NCBI RefSeq assembly: GCF_006345805.1
Contig: NC_043012.1
Coordinates: 24,056,001-24,120,000 of the forward strand
Direction of reading: 5' to 3'
DNA from: Octopus sinensis
Taxonomy: Eukaryota
Length of the DNA stretch: 64,000 nucleotides
Part shown: piece by piece, positions 51,174-63,522 of the stretch
How positions within the stretch are numbered: position 1 is the stretch's first letter
How the letters are laid out: every line of letters begins with the position of its first letter
Notes under the pieces: generated by a model
The model's input: only the letters and a program-made list of their open reading frames with translations
What the model was told of the DNA's origin: nothing
Database searches by the model: none
Translations under genes and position numbers: made by a program

Positions 51174-51522
51174 TGTTTCTGCATTTAGCTTCCTGAAGCA
51201 ATGGAAGTGTTAAAGTCCCAAAGGAAATTAACCACAAAAGTATTGTTATGATAACCACAATGAAATATGTATAGGCAGAACACAAAGGCAGTTTTTGAAA
51301 TAGAAATGTGATGGAGTAAAGAGCAGAGCAATGCTGTCGCTGACCGAGTAAACCGTGTGTTTTCCTGTGACGGCAAATCGTCTGCGCTTCATGTCCCAGC
51401 TCTGGTAACTGTGCTGAGTATGGTGCTGACGATATTAACTCTAGGTGCATTGGACAATTTAGCAATAAATGGGTACCATGCAGGTGTTTGGGGTACTGTG
51501 ACAAACAAAAAACATATATTAA

Positions 51523-51742
51523 CCCTTTAGCATTCAGATTATTCTGTCAAATGTAAAGCTTATGTATTCACACCATGTAAAATTAATCCTGCATCATTTC
51601 ATGGCTTTGAGATTTCAATGATGTGATTGTTTATTTTTAAAATGACACAATAAGGTAGCTATGAATGACCATATCTGACTAGTCTGAACATAGAATAGGT
51701 AGAATATTTTGGCCGGATATGGCCAGTTTAAACACTAAAGGG
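51523..51742. mobile_element. piggyBac-type MITE, family P2
   Basis: TTAA|CCCTTTAGCATTCAG...AAACACTAAAGGG|TTAA. Confidence 0.85.
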
Positions 51743-51763
51743 TTAAATTGCTAGCCCCTATAC

Positions 51764-52305
51764 CAGTAGTTCTCAACCAGGGCTCACATGGTCCCTGAGG
51801 GTCCATATAACAAAATAGTAATCTGCTAAGCTGGGGATATGCAACAGTATTTTAACCCTTTCATTACCGTATTTATTTTGAGATGCTCTGTGTTTCTTTC
51901 AATTATTTTAAATATAACAAAGAATTTATTAAAATAACTTAGTTACTATTAAGCTAGTGTTAGGAACATAAATTGTGACTAAGTTTTGGTGGAAGATTTT
52001 AATTCAAAACTTAAGAAAACAAGATATTTGTACTCAGAGCCAGAGATGGTTTCGGCCGGGTTGGTAATGAAAGGGTTTAAGGGCTTCTGAAGAAATTTTC
52101 CTTTATGTATTGCTAGAAACAGGTTTCTTTCTTTCACATTTTACTTTGTTCAACCTACAAGTTAATGTGTGAAAAAAAGAAAACAGGAATTTGGAAAGAA
52201 GTTTCTAGAAAACTAGTTTTTTAAACATTGAATGGTTATGGGGGTCCACAAGAATGAAATAATAATCAAAGGGGTCCATTGGTTAAACCTGGTTGAGAAC
52301 CCCTG
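51764..52305. mobile_element. hAT-type (Charlie/Buster-like) MITE with an 8-bp TSD, containing a nested piggyBac MITE
   Basis: TIRs CAGTAGTTCTCAACC and GGTTGAGAACCCCTG. TSD is CCCTATAC / CTCTATAC (7 of 8 match, central TA). Confidence 0.85.
51856..52075. mobile_element. piggyBac-type MITE, family P1, nested in the hAT MITE
   Basis: TTAA|CCCTTTCATTACC...GGTAATGAAAGGG|TTTAA. Confidence 0.85.
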
Positions 52306-52709
52306 CTCTATACTCATCACTCAAATCTCGCAGAATTGTTTTGCAAAAGTCAAGCCTGAAATTCATAAAAAAAAAATCACTTGTAATATTTAATTTTAGA
52401 TTCAATCAACAGCTTGCTTTATAACCATGTCATTTCAGGTTCAGCCCCTTGGGTAAGTATCATTTATTATGCGTGTGTGTGTGTGTGTGTGCAATTGACC
52501 TTATGCCTTGGCCCAAAGTAATCAATTTTTTTTTTTATCCCAAATAGATGAAAAGTTCAGTTATAATAGGTGAATCTGTTGCCACATTTAGTAAATGTGC
52601 TAAAGAAATGGAGATCTTTGCTTCAATAGACATTATTATCATCATCATTAGACTCATTATATTTCCAATTTTTTTAGCTACCATAAATTAAATAAACATA
52701 ATATACAGG

Positions 52710-53560
52710 TTTCGTTGTGTGGTAAGAAGCTTGCTTCCCAACCACATGGTTTTGGGTTCAGTCCCACTGTGGGACACCTTTGGCATGTGTCTTCTATAGC
52801 CTCAGGCCAATCAGAGCCTTGTAAAAGGATTTGATAGACAGAAACTGAAAGAAGCCCATCATATGTATATATGCATATGTATATATATATATATATGTGT
52901 GTGTGTATATCCTGTAAATAATAATAATAGTATTTTTATATGCTTAAAGCTTATAAGCAATTATCATGCATTGACTAAAGAAAATAGTTTAATAATGGGG
53001 CATATAAGCCCTCAACAGAAAAAAGTAGGTTTTCCCATATATGTGGGACTCAAAGCCACACCTCTTTGTTTACATGAACAAGTGTGCTACCATTACACCA
53101 ACATTGGTGTAATGATAGCATCTCACACAAGGTCCCTTTCAGAGCGACAGACATCGATGTCTGTCTTACTCTGGGAAAGGACCTGGCGTGCCTCACTTGC
53201 CTCTGGCTTACTCTCAGGTGTTTTTAAGACCAGACACATTGAAAATGTATTCTTTTATGCCTAAAACGCAGCCAAGCCACAAACTAACAGCACACACACA
53301 TTCTGTATGTATGTTTAATTTTGTTTATATGTGTGTGTGTGTGTGTCTTTGTGTCAGTGTTTGTCCCCCTCACCACAGCTTGACAACCAGAGTTGGTGTG
53401 TTTACGTCCCTGTAACTTAGCAGTTCAGCAAAGAGACTGATGGAATAAGTACCAAGCTTAGAAACAAAAGAAGGCCTGGTGTCAATTTGTTTGAATAAAA
53501 TCCCTTGAAGGTGGTGCTCCAGCATGGTCACAGTGAAATGACTGAAACAAGTAAAAGATA
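52710..53560 (+). mobile_element. Diverged family-A-like SINE halves (52710-52860 and 53330-53560) separated by unique sequence
   Basis: The head half ends at gaaagaagcccatcatatg. The tail half begins tgtttgtccccc...ccagcatggtcacag...gaaacaagtaaaaga. Confidence 0.65.
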
Positions 53561-54156
53561 GAAGATTCCAATGTGACTTACTTCATGATTATCCCATCCT
53601 GAAAATGATCCACTGGCCAATACGATTTGTGCTGATAGTAAATTCAGCCACATGTAGGTATCTATGACCTTCATGAGCTATATATGGTCAGTAAATATGC
53701 TAGAAAATGCAGCCAAATCCTTCTCACACACACAAAAAAAAAATGTGAATCTTCAAAAAGAAGCATGAAGAACACTGACTTTTTTCATTCCATCAAAGGC
53801 TGCCTCTGGTCCTATGATACAAACTTCCTTTTTTAAAGTGGTACAAGTTAAAACCTCGTTAAAATTTCATGCTAATTTAAGTTTCCAAACATTAATTTAA
53901 TAACGACAAGGTTATTTTACTAAATTCTTCATTATTTTCAAAATTAATTAAAACAACGGCAGTGAATTTATTTCAACAGAAAATTGGTAACGAAAATGCT
54001 AAATAACGCAGCCCTAGATGTCTGTAGCAAACAAAGGCAAGTTTATGGCAAAAACAACTTCGGTTAGAGTTCCACTCGATCAAAGAGGACTCCAGACTAA
54101 TGAAACAACTTCGTCAATATATGACATGTTGCTTTTGTTATATAGATGTGTCTTAA

Positions 54157-54378
54157 CCCTTTCGTTACCGTATTTATTTTGAGATGCTCTGTGTTTCATT
54201 CAATTAATTTTAAATATAACAAAGAATTTAGTAAAAGAACTTAGTTATCATTAAGCTAGTGTTAAGAACATAAATTGTGACTAAGGTTTGGTGGAAGATT
54301 TTAATTCAATACTTATGAAAGTAAGACATTTGTGCTACAGAGCCAGAGGCGGTTTTGGCTGGGTTGGTATCAAAAGGG
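54157..54378. mobile_element. piggyBac-type MITE, family P1
   Basis: TTAA|CCCTTTCGTTACC...GGTATCAAAAGGG|TTAA. Confidence 0.85.
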
Positions 54379-55185
54379 TTAATGTCAATCCTTATTTCTG
54401 GTAATCTTGCATCAAACAAATCAAAGAGAAATATTGCTAGGAATAAGGCTTTGCTCTTCAGTTTCTTTGTTACCAAATTTCTGTTAAAATACATTGACTT
54501 TGTTTTGATTAATTTTGAAATTAATAAAGAATTTAGTAAAATAACTTTTGTCATTCTTAACAGAGATTCAGAACATTCAGAAATGGAAGTTTTACCTAAA
54601 TTTTTATTTACATAATTTTGAGAGATATTTGTATTATGGAATTAGGGGACAGTCTCAAGCAAATTGGTATCAAAAAGAGGGAACAGAATAAATACAATGG
54701 AAAAACAGAGAAAATGTGAAGGGCTATGGCTGTTTTGAGGTGGTTGATGTATGTCAGCTGCCCAGTTTAACCAAACTGAATGCTGTTACTGGTACTCGGG
54801 TGGTTGACTAGTGTTCCCCCTGCTGCAAACAATTGGGCCAGGTCTCTAGTCCAAGTTTCACTTCACCCATTCCTACCACCAGGACAAGAGGACCTGCAAA
54901 AGAGGGCTCTGGGTGCCACCCCCCTCTTGCTCCTTAGCTAACTGAATCATTGTGTGTGTGTGTGTGCGTGTGAGAGAGAGAGAGAGGGAGACAGACAGAC
55001 AGACAAGGATGGGGGGAGGGAGCAGCAATACAAGACAAAAGAAAACACTGCTAACACACATCAAGCTGAAGCATTTAATACTTAATAACACAACCAACAA
55101 TGAATTACCTCGTTAAACAAAATAAGCACAATGAACCAATGGAAGTGTGAGCACTTTGTTGTATGTCTGTGTGTCTGTGTGTATA

Positions 55186-55226
<41 letters not shown>

Positions 55227-55281
55227 TACATACACACATATACCAATCAACATATATACACACACACATATAACAATTAAC

Positions 55282-55322
<41 letters not shown>

Positions 55323-55379
55323 TATATATATATATACACATATATATATACACATATATACATACACACATATACCAAT

Positions 55380-55457
<78 letters not shown>

Positions 55458-55786
55458 ATGTATGATATACACATACACATTAACATATACATACACACAA
55501 ACATATATGAATGCAGACACATACACATTTATTTATTTGTTTATCTATTGATCTTCCAAGCCTAACACAGTAGTTATGTAAATGGTTAAGACAATGAAGA
55601 AAGACAGAAAGTGGCCATTTACAGAGAAAGGCCAGTTAGGAATTATTTCCCAGCAACACAAAACTTCCTCAGTGAGAAATATTAACACATCAACGAAACT
55701 GTAGGAGAAAACAAAAACATTTTACTTGGGCCAAGAAGACGAGTTAACTACATATTAATATTACCACCATCATTGCTCAACAACCA

Positions 55787-55990
55787 GTGTTTCTGCTTTG
55801 CAGCACATTGCTGGCAAGGTGAATGAGAGCTGGCAGGTGACCTACTGCTATGGATGGCAAAGCACGGCCATACTAGAGCAGTCATGTGAACTAACTCATC
55901 AGAAACACTGGATGCCTGCCTGCCTCCTGGAAGACCTCCTTCAACTCATACACAACTGAGAGCGATGATATGTGCATGTTAAGAATATCC
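55787..55990 (+). mobile_element. Partial second copy of an RTE-like LINE 3' end
   Basis: ~200-bp direct repeat of 56701-56905 with scattered substitutions. Confidence 0.75.
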
Positions 55991-56250
55991 ACATATATAT
56001 AAGTTGCAAGCAGGGCTGTATGGCAAGAAATTTGCTCCCCAACCACATGGATCTGGGCTATGTCCCACTGTGTGCCACCTTGGGCAAGTGTCTTCTACTA
56101 TAGCTTCAGTTTGATCAGACCCTTGTGAGTGGATTTAGTGAACAGAAACTGAAAGAAGCCTGTTATGTGTGTGTGTGTGTGTAAATGATCTATTTCATTT
56201 TTTAAATATTTTTCTCCTTCTTCCCATCACTTTTCCTCAATTCTTTTCTA

Positions 56251-56287
56251 TTTTCTGATGAAGGTTTAATATCCGAAACATTTAAAC
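56251..56287 (+). ncRNA. Degraded hammerhead-like motif (intact CUGAUGA and GAAAC, broken stems)
   Basis: tttt-CTGATGA-AGGTTTAATATCC-GAAAC-ATTTAAA in a pyrimidine-rich Penelope-like context. Confidence 0.35.
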
Positions 56288-56599
56288 ATCCTTCTTCCTT
56301 TCTTTCAAGCATTAACACCACCTTTACACCTTTAATAAATCTTGTCCCTCTCATTAATTTTATTTTTAGTTTTGCTCCTTCATCATCTTTCCCAGGCCAG
56401 AAAATTCATTATACACACACACACACACACACACACACATGCACACACACACACGCATCCTGGCATGGGACACATAGGTTGTCATAGTCTAAGTTAATTC
56501 CAAATTACTGACCTCCCACACAGGCTGGAGGGCTACGTCCCAGTTTACATTTCATTTGAAGCTGGCTTCTATGTCAAGAGTCCTGCCCTAGGGTCAACC

Positions 56600-56925
56600 A
56601 ATTTACTGAGAGTACTGGGTGCATACTTGCAGAACTCAAGAAGCCACCAAGAAGCCACTGTGTGGAGATCTCCTGCCTGTTTCCACCATTATAAGGGAAA
56701 GGTGTTTCTGCTTTGCAGGACATTGCTGACAAGGTGAATGAGAGCTGGCAGGTGACCTACTGCTATGGATGGCAAAGCATGGCCATACTACGGCAGTCAT
56801 GTGAACCAACTCATCAGAGACACTGGATGCCTGCCTGCCTCCTGGAAGACCTCCTTCAACTCATACATAACTGAGAGCAATGATATGCGCACGTTAAGAA
56901 TGTCCAGGCAAGCTTGACCAGATGA
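56600..56925 (+). mobile_element. Decayed RTE-like LINE 3' end
   Basis: LCGDLLPVSTIIRERCFCFAGHC...ELAGDLLLWMAKHGH...VNQLIRDTGCL...VKNVQASLTR* matches the C-terminal motif I recall for RTE-like RT ORFs. Many stops are present. Confidence 0.75.
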
Positions 56926-57179
56926 TGGTGATTGGGTGCATTTTCTTATGGTACCAGTACAAGGGGAGTTGCTATTCCTACTGGTCAAGTGCTGTAGATT
57001 GGTACGGTGTCAGGCAAAATGACATGTGGTATTTCTGCTGGCTCTTTAGGTTCAAATCCAACCAGAGTCAATTTTGCCTTTCATCCTTTCAAGGTTGATA
57101 AAACAAATACCAATCAAACACTGTCTACAAATTTGCACACATGCAAGTGTGCGCGCATACATGCATGCATGTATATACA

Positions 57180-57995
57180 TATGTGTATGTGTATATTTTT
57201 GTGTTTGTCCCCTCGCCACCATCATTGCTCAACAACCAGTGTTAGTTTGTTTGCATCCCAATGGCTTGGCAGATGTACATAAAAGACTGATGAAATAAGT
57301 GCTAGACATGAAAAATGTCATGGGGGGGGTCAATTTGTTCAACTAAATCTTTTAAGGCAGTGCCCCAGCATGGCCACAGCTCTATGTGTATGTGTGTATT
57401 TTTGTGTTTGTCCCTCACCACCATCATTGCTCAACAACCAGTGTTAGTTTGTTTGCATCCCAATGGCTTGGCAGATGTACATAAAAGACTGATGAAATAA
57501 GTACTAGACATGAAAAATGTCATGGGGGGGGTCAATTTGTTCAACTAAATCTTTTAAGGCAGTGCCCCAGCATGGCCACAGCTCTATGTGTATGTGTGTA
57601 TTTTTGTGTTTGTCCCTCACCACCATCATTGCTCAACAACCAGTGTTAGTTTGTTTGCATCCCAATGGCTTGGCAGATGTACATAAAAGACTGATGAAAT
57701 AAGTGCTAGACATGAAAAATGTCATGGGGGGGGTCAATTTGTTCAACTAAATCTTTTAAGGCAGTGCTCCAGCATGGCCACAGCATGGTCACAGCTCTAT
57801 GTGTATGTGTGTATTTTTGTGTTTGCCCCTCACCACCATCATTGCTCAACAACCAGTGTTAGTTTGTTTGCATCCCAACGGCTTGGCAGATGTACATAAA
57901 AGACTGATGAAATAAGTACTAGATGTGAAAAATATGTCAATTTGTTCAACTAAATCTTTTAAGGAAGTGCCCCAGCATGGCCACAGCTCTATGAC
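57180..57995 (+). repeat. Tandem array of a SINE-derived ~202-bp unit, four copies
   Basis: Identical ORF translations sit 202 bp apart (57315 and 57517). The unit is the 3' half of a diverged family-A-like SINE. Confidence 0.95.
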
Positions 57996-58952
57996 TGAAA
58001 GAAGCAAAGCCATGAAAACAAGAGAGAGTTAATAAGTTGAGCAAAAGCTTGAGGAAATTAGCAACTTCAGAGTATAATGAGATCATGTTTAGGTTATTCT
58101 GATTGCAGAAACTTTCCATTTTAACATCGTTGCTTGGCAACATGGCTAAGAAGAAAACGGGGGAGTAAATGAAAGCATGAGGTCATGTGGAAAACTAAAA
58201 CTGAATTATTAGACATTACGTGTTTGAGTGGTATTGTTTACATATCTATATTGATTAATATTATTTACATAAAATTTACATTAAACAACAGAAAAAAAAC
58301 AAACAACAAGAAGTTTCAGTTAAGTAACAGAAGGGATCTAATTGAGTCGAGCTTCACAAAGCAATTTTGATTTCCTGTTAAAGGCGTTTTCATTCGAGTA
58401 TGTCACAACTGCAATTTTGCTAGGGGGGAAAGGCATACACATCAAAACTTCCTGTTTCACTCTCGTATATCGCAGACATAAACGGCCGTTTGCTTAAGAA
58501 GATCACTTTGCAACCATGTAGTATTTCGGTTCAGTCCCACTGCTTGGGGGCTTAACACTTTAGGCAAGGGGTTTCTATTACAACCCCAGGCTGACCAATG
58601 CCTTGTGTGTGAATTTTGCAAATGGAAACTGTGTGGTAAGAAGCTTGCTTCCCAAGCACATGGTTCTGGGTTCACTCCCACAGCATGGCACCTTGGGCAA
58701 GAGTTTTCTGCTATAACAGGCTTGCCATAGCCTTGTGAGTGGATTTGGCAGACAGAAACTGAAAGAAGCCCATCAAATACATACATATATATATATATAT
58801 ATATATCAATGTCTGTGTTTGTTTCCCACCATTGCTTGAGACCAACCGAATAAGTACCAGGCTTTACAAAAAAAATAGTAAATCCTGGAATCGATTTCTT
58901 CACTAAAATTCTTCAAGGCCCAGCATAGCTGCAGTCTAATGACTGCAACGTA

Positions 58953-58983
<31 letters not shown>

Positions 58984-58994
58984 TACATATATAT

Positions 58995-59215
58995 ATATTT
59001 CAAAATGTGACCGCGTGTACCATTGGCGATTTTTTTCCCTCTGTCTTCCCTTCTCTGGATCTTTCCTTCACCTATGTTTCTGACGAGGAGCTCCGCTCGA
59101 AACGTTAAACCCTCCTTCTTTCCTTCTTTCCTGAGCGTCCAATAATACTATATTTGTTCCACGTCCTCGCGTTGTTGTGTTTTTTTGTGCTTTCTTGTTT
59201 GGATTAACTATATAT
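58995..59215 (+). mobile_element. Penelope-like terminal fragment carrying the best-preserved hammerhead motif
   Basis: Same block as 46003 and 48000. The Penelope assignment rests on the known association of minimal hammerheads with PLE terminal repeats. Confidence 0.65.
59076..59110 (+). ncRNA. Minimal type-I hammerhead ribozyme motif with palindromic stem III (dimer-type)
   Basis: GTTT-CTGACGA-G-GAGC-TCC-GCTC-GAAA-C-GTT^AAAC: intact CUGANGA and GAAA core, stem II GAGC/GCTC, stem I GTTT/AAAC, ACGT palindrome as stem III, GUU as the predicted cleavage triplet. Confidence 0.72.
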
Positions 59216-59504
59216 ATATATATACCATAGAAAAGTGAGGAGGTATGAGAGGTGAATATATATATTAAATCATTTGACACCCTTAGGATTACGGCCATTC
59301 CGCCACCTTCTTAATGTAGTACTTCCCGACTTCTTATGGTTTATATACTCCTCATAAAATAATCTCATTGATTATATCTTCTGGATTTCAGCTGCATGGA
59401 TACCTTACTATGTGATTTGTTAGCCAAGTCCATTAGAGATGCTTTCTGTGATAGCCACACGCTTTTCTGCATCCATGTCATATACTCTAAATATACACAC
59501 ACAC

Positions 59505-59537
<33 letters not shown>

Positions 59538-60512
59538 ACCTCCACACAGTTTCTGCCTTCCAATTCACAAGGCATTAATTGTCCCGAAGTTATAGCAGAC
59601 AATACTTGCCTAAGATGCTGCAGAGGGGGACTGAAACTGAAACTGTGTGGTTCTGCAAAGCAAGCATCTTAACCACACAGCCATGTCTGAATCTATATGA
59701 AAAGAAAAAAGAAAAATCCACTTATACTGAAAGAAGTCTGCCATATATGAATGTGTGTGTGTGAATGTGTGTGTGTGTGAATGTGTGTATATGCTGTGTG
59801 TTTCCTTGCCTTGACATCTGTGACAAATGTAAATGAATGTCATCAACATGTAAGCAGTATCCTTCATCTTTAATCTGTAGAAATAAGTCTGGCCCTGAGG
59901 GAATATTGGAAGCCGGTGAGGTTTGGCAACAGGAAGAGCATCCAGCAGTAAAAACAAATCTTCCCCCTTACAAATAATTCAGTCCAACCAATGCGAGCAT
60001 GGAAATACGAACATTAAAACAACGATGACAATGACAATGGTACTTAACGAATCAGCAGTCTGTTAGTAACACCAATTCCATATCAATATTCTGTAGAGCA
60101 GAAGAATTTTAAAAAAAATATGCTACTAAGTCAAACAAACACAGATTGCAAACCAAACTCCTGACTGCTGCACAGCACTTGAAACATTTTTTAGTATCTC
60201 TACTTGAATAAAATAAAAATGTCGCTCCTTAGACTTTACATTGTTGTGACTGTTGCATGTCAGAAAACAATTATTGAAAACTTTATCATGACATGCATGT
60301 TTAGACATTATCCTCCATGGTTCTCTGCTATATTGGCAGATGAAGAACTTTTGAATTAGAGAAGCTGCATATTTTTTTTTTTAAATTTTTATTTTTCTAT
60401 TTTCTTTTTCATTTATTTTCCATTTCACGCACATACACATATGTGCATGTGTGTGCGCATATATACATATATGTATGTATATGTGATATATTATACACAT
60501 TATATGTGTGCA

Positions 60513-60552
<40 letters not shown>

Positions 60553-61030
60553 ATGAATGTCTAGATAAATGTAAAGTAATGTGTGAGTAAAATGTGTACA
60601 TAATGAGTAAGTGTATGTGCGTATATATATGCACACACATACACATACACACACACACCACACACACACACAAACATGCTGTGTATATGTATACTCAGAA
60701 AAAAACTTTATGCATTCTTGAAAATTAAACTAGAAAGAATTTGCAGTGAAATCCCCAAACAGAACAAAATATTTTTCTAAACTAAACAAAAATTATTTAA
60801 AAAGCAACAAAATATTAAATACCTAAATAAAAAAAAAGTAATATTTAAGTTTAGTATTTGGAATGGAAAAGCTAAAGAATCCAAGAAAAGTCTTCGGTAA
60901 TTCAGGGCATATTCCAAATTCTAAAGCATGCATATATAATACATATATATATAGATGTGTGTGTGTGTGTGTGTGTATGAAAGCAAGGGCAGCAAAAGAG
61001 GACTCAAAAGCAGAAGAGAATAGAAAAGAA

Positions 61031-61061
<31 letters not shown>

Positions 61062-61789
61062 TTGATGAATTAAATTTGGTCTTCACCAGATTTTCTTTGT
61101 CGTGGCTGTTTTTGCAACAGCATCGGTGTAACACAAATATTGAAATGGCGTATTGTCTTTTACATCTTTTACTTGTTTCAATGACTGGACAGTGGCGGCA
61201 CTGGATCACTGCCTGATAGGGTTTAGCCGAACCAATCTTGAGCAACGTAAAATGAAGTGTCTTGCTCAAGAATGCAATGCACTGCCCAATCCTGGAACTG
61301 AACACATTATCTGGCAATCAGGAGTGTGATCCCCTAACCACTATGGCCACACGCTTTCACACACATACATATAATATATCTATAGTCATATGTGTGACGG
61401 AGTAGTTAGGGAGTTTGTTTCCCAACCAAATCGTTCTGGGTTCAGTTCCACTGTGCAGTTCTTTGGCCAAGTGTTTTCTATAGCTCCACATCAACCAGAA
61501 CCTTGTGAGTAGATTTGGGAGATAGAAACTGAAAGGAAGCTGAGCATTTAAGCATGACCACGTGTGATTACATCTCCTTGCCATGAAATTACATGATGAT
61601 GGTTGTAAATAAGTGACATACATGCAGTGAAATTCGTTTCTAATATTCTGAGAGAACCTGCCTGGCCCATGGGGAAATAGTGCTTGGAAACAGATGAAGG
61701 TTAGCAACAGCAAGGGCATCAGGCTGTAGAAACTCTGATTCAGTAAACTCCATCTGACTCATGTGGAAAAGTGGATGTTAAATAATAAT

Positions 61790-61989
61790 CTTTACTCTTT
61801 TACTTGTTTCAGTCATTTGACTGTGGCCATGCTGGAGCACCGCCTTTAGTCGAGCAAATCGACCTGAGGACTTATTCTTTGTAAGCCTAGTACTTATTCT
61901 ATCGGTCTATTTTGCCGAACCGCTAAGTTACAGGGACGTAAACACACCAGCATCGGTTGTCAAGTGATGTTGGGGGGACAAACAGAGAA

Positions 61990-62026
<37 letters not shown>

Positions 62027-62192
62027 CATATATACGACAGGCTTCTTTCAGTTTCCGTCTACCAAATCCACTCACAATGCGTTGGTCGGCCCGAGGCTAT
62101 AGTAGAAGACACTTGCCCGAGGTGCCATGCAGTGGGACTGAACCCAGAACCATGTGGTTGGTAAGCAAGCTACTTACCACACAGCCACTCCT
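61790..62192 (-). mobile_element. SINE family A, full length
   Basis: Complete reverse complement, from the tail to cagccactcct. Confidence 0.92.
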
Positions 62193-62194
62193 AA

Positions 62195-62447
62195 TGATGA
62201 TGCAGGTACCACATAAATGGCACCCATGCTCGTGCCACAAAAAGGCCCCTGCGCTGGTGTCATGTAAAAAGCACCTAGTATATTCTGTATAGTGGTTGGC
62301 ATCAGGGAGAGCATCCAGTCCTAGAAACCATGCCAAAACAGACAATTGGAGTCTGGTGCAGCTCTCCAGCCTCGCCAGCTCTTATTGAACTGTCCAACCC
62401 ATGCCAGCATGGAAAACGGATGTTAAATGATGATGATGATGATGATG
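62195..62447 (+). mobile_element. Diverged retroposon family B 3' end
   Basis: gtggttggcatcagggagagcatccag...catggaaaacggatgttaaatgatgatgat. Confidence 0.8.
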
Positions 62448-63522
62448 ATAATGAATTAACTGTTGTGATATGAAAGTTAGCAATGCAGCTGTTAGCTTGG
62501 ACAGTGATAACAAATGTAACCATGTGTGCTGTGCTGGATTGCTGGTTATATTGCAAAGGAACCAGAGAGAGAGAAAGAGAGAGATAGAGAAAGAGAGAGA
62601 GATGAGAGGGTTTGAAGAGAAAGGACATAGAGAAAGTGAGAGAGGAGAGAGGTGGGGGAGAGAAGTGAGAGCAAAGAGAAGGAGAGTTTGAAAATTGAGA
62701 AGAAGCAAAGTTAAGAATCAATGAAAATCACAAGGGGGGGGGAAGAAGTAGGTGATAGAAAGCCATAAGTGCATATGAAAGTGAAAGAGTGAAGAAAACA
62801 ATCCTTCATTCATTCCATCCTTCCTTCATTCCATCATTCATCCATTTTTAGTAAGATAATTTCTTGTATAAGCAATTTGCTAAGAGATGCTAACAGCTTG
62901 GAAGAACTCCAAACTTTGGTGTTGTCAAGATCTTGCAGTGGTTTCTGCCATCTTCAATACCATCTCCACCAGCACCACTCCTGCTCTGCCGCCTCATTTT
63001 GTTTTGAACCATTTAAAACATATTGGCAGCTTGGTTTTCTCTGCTGTGACATTGAGACAACATTTGTCTGACAGCTGTGTCCAGACCCTTGTTTCCCTCC
63101 TCTTGCACCTGTCCTCTCACTGTACCCATCTCTCTCTCTCTCTCAGGTGAGGTTCATATTTTAGGAATAGAAATTTAGAATTTTGTCTTCTGGACTTATT
63201 CGCTTGTTTTGTCATCTGTGTAGGCACAGGCATGGCTGTGTGGTGAGAGGTTTCAGTTGTCTCATTGTGTGGAACCTTGAGCAAGCATCATCTACTATAG
63301 CCCTGGGCCACCAACGCCTAGCAAATATATTTGGTAGACAGAAACTGTGTGGAAATTTTTCATAGATGTGCACAAAACTTTTTCTATTCCTGAGTGTTAT
63401 ACTAATACATGTTTTGTTTTCTACACCACTTGTCTTCGTCTTTTGTTTTTTCGTAAACTCTCCCTATATATTATATATATATATATGTATATATAATGCA
63501 AGCATGGAAAAGTGCACATTGA

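Noticed and set aside
51389-51391. In-frame TGA as selenocysteine or readthrough on the minus strand
   Set aside because: The frame itself is unverified, no SECIS is evident, and it is the antisense of a better + strand reading.
54780-54941. 53-aa ORF resembling a signal peptide plus KR-cleaved neuropeptide precursor
   Set aside because: The hydrophobic core is short, there is no amidation signal or repeated peptide, and an ORF this size is expected by chance.
59285-59320. Additional minus-strand hammerhead
   Set aside because: A stem-II-like GGC/GCC is present, but both the CUGANGA and GAAA boxes are broken.
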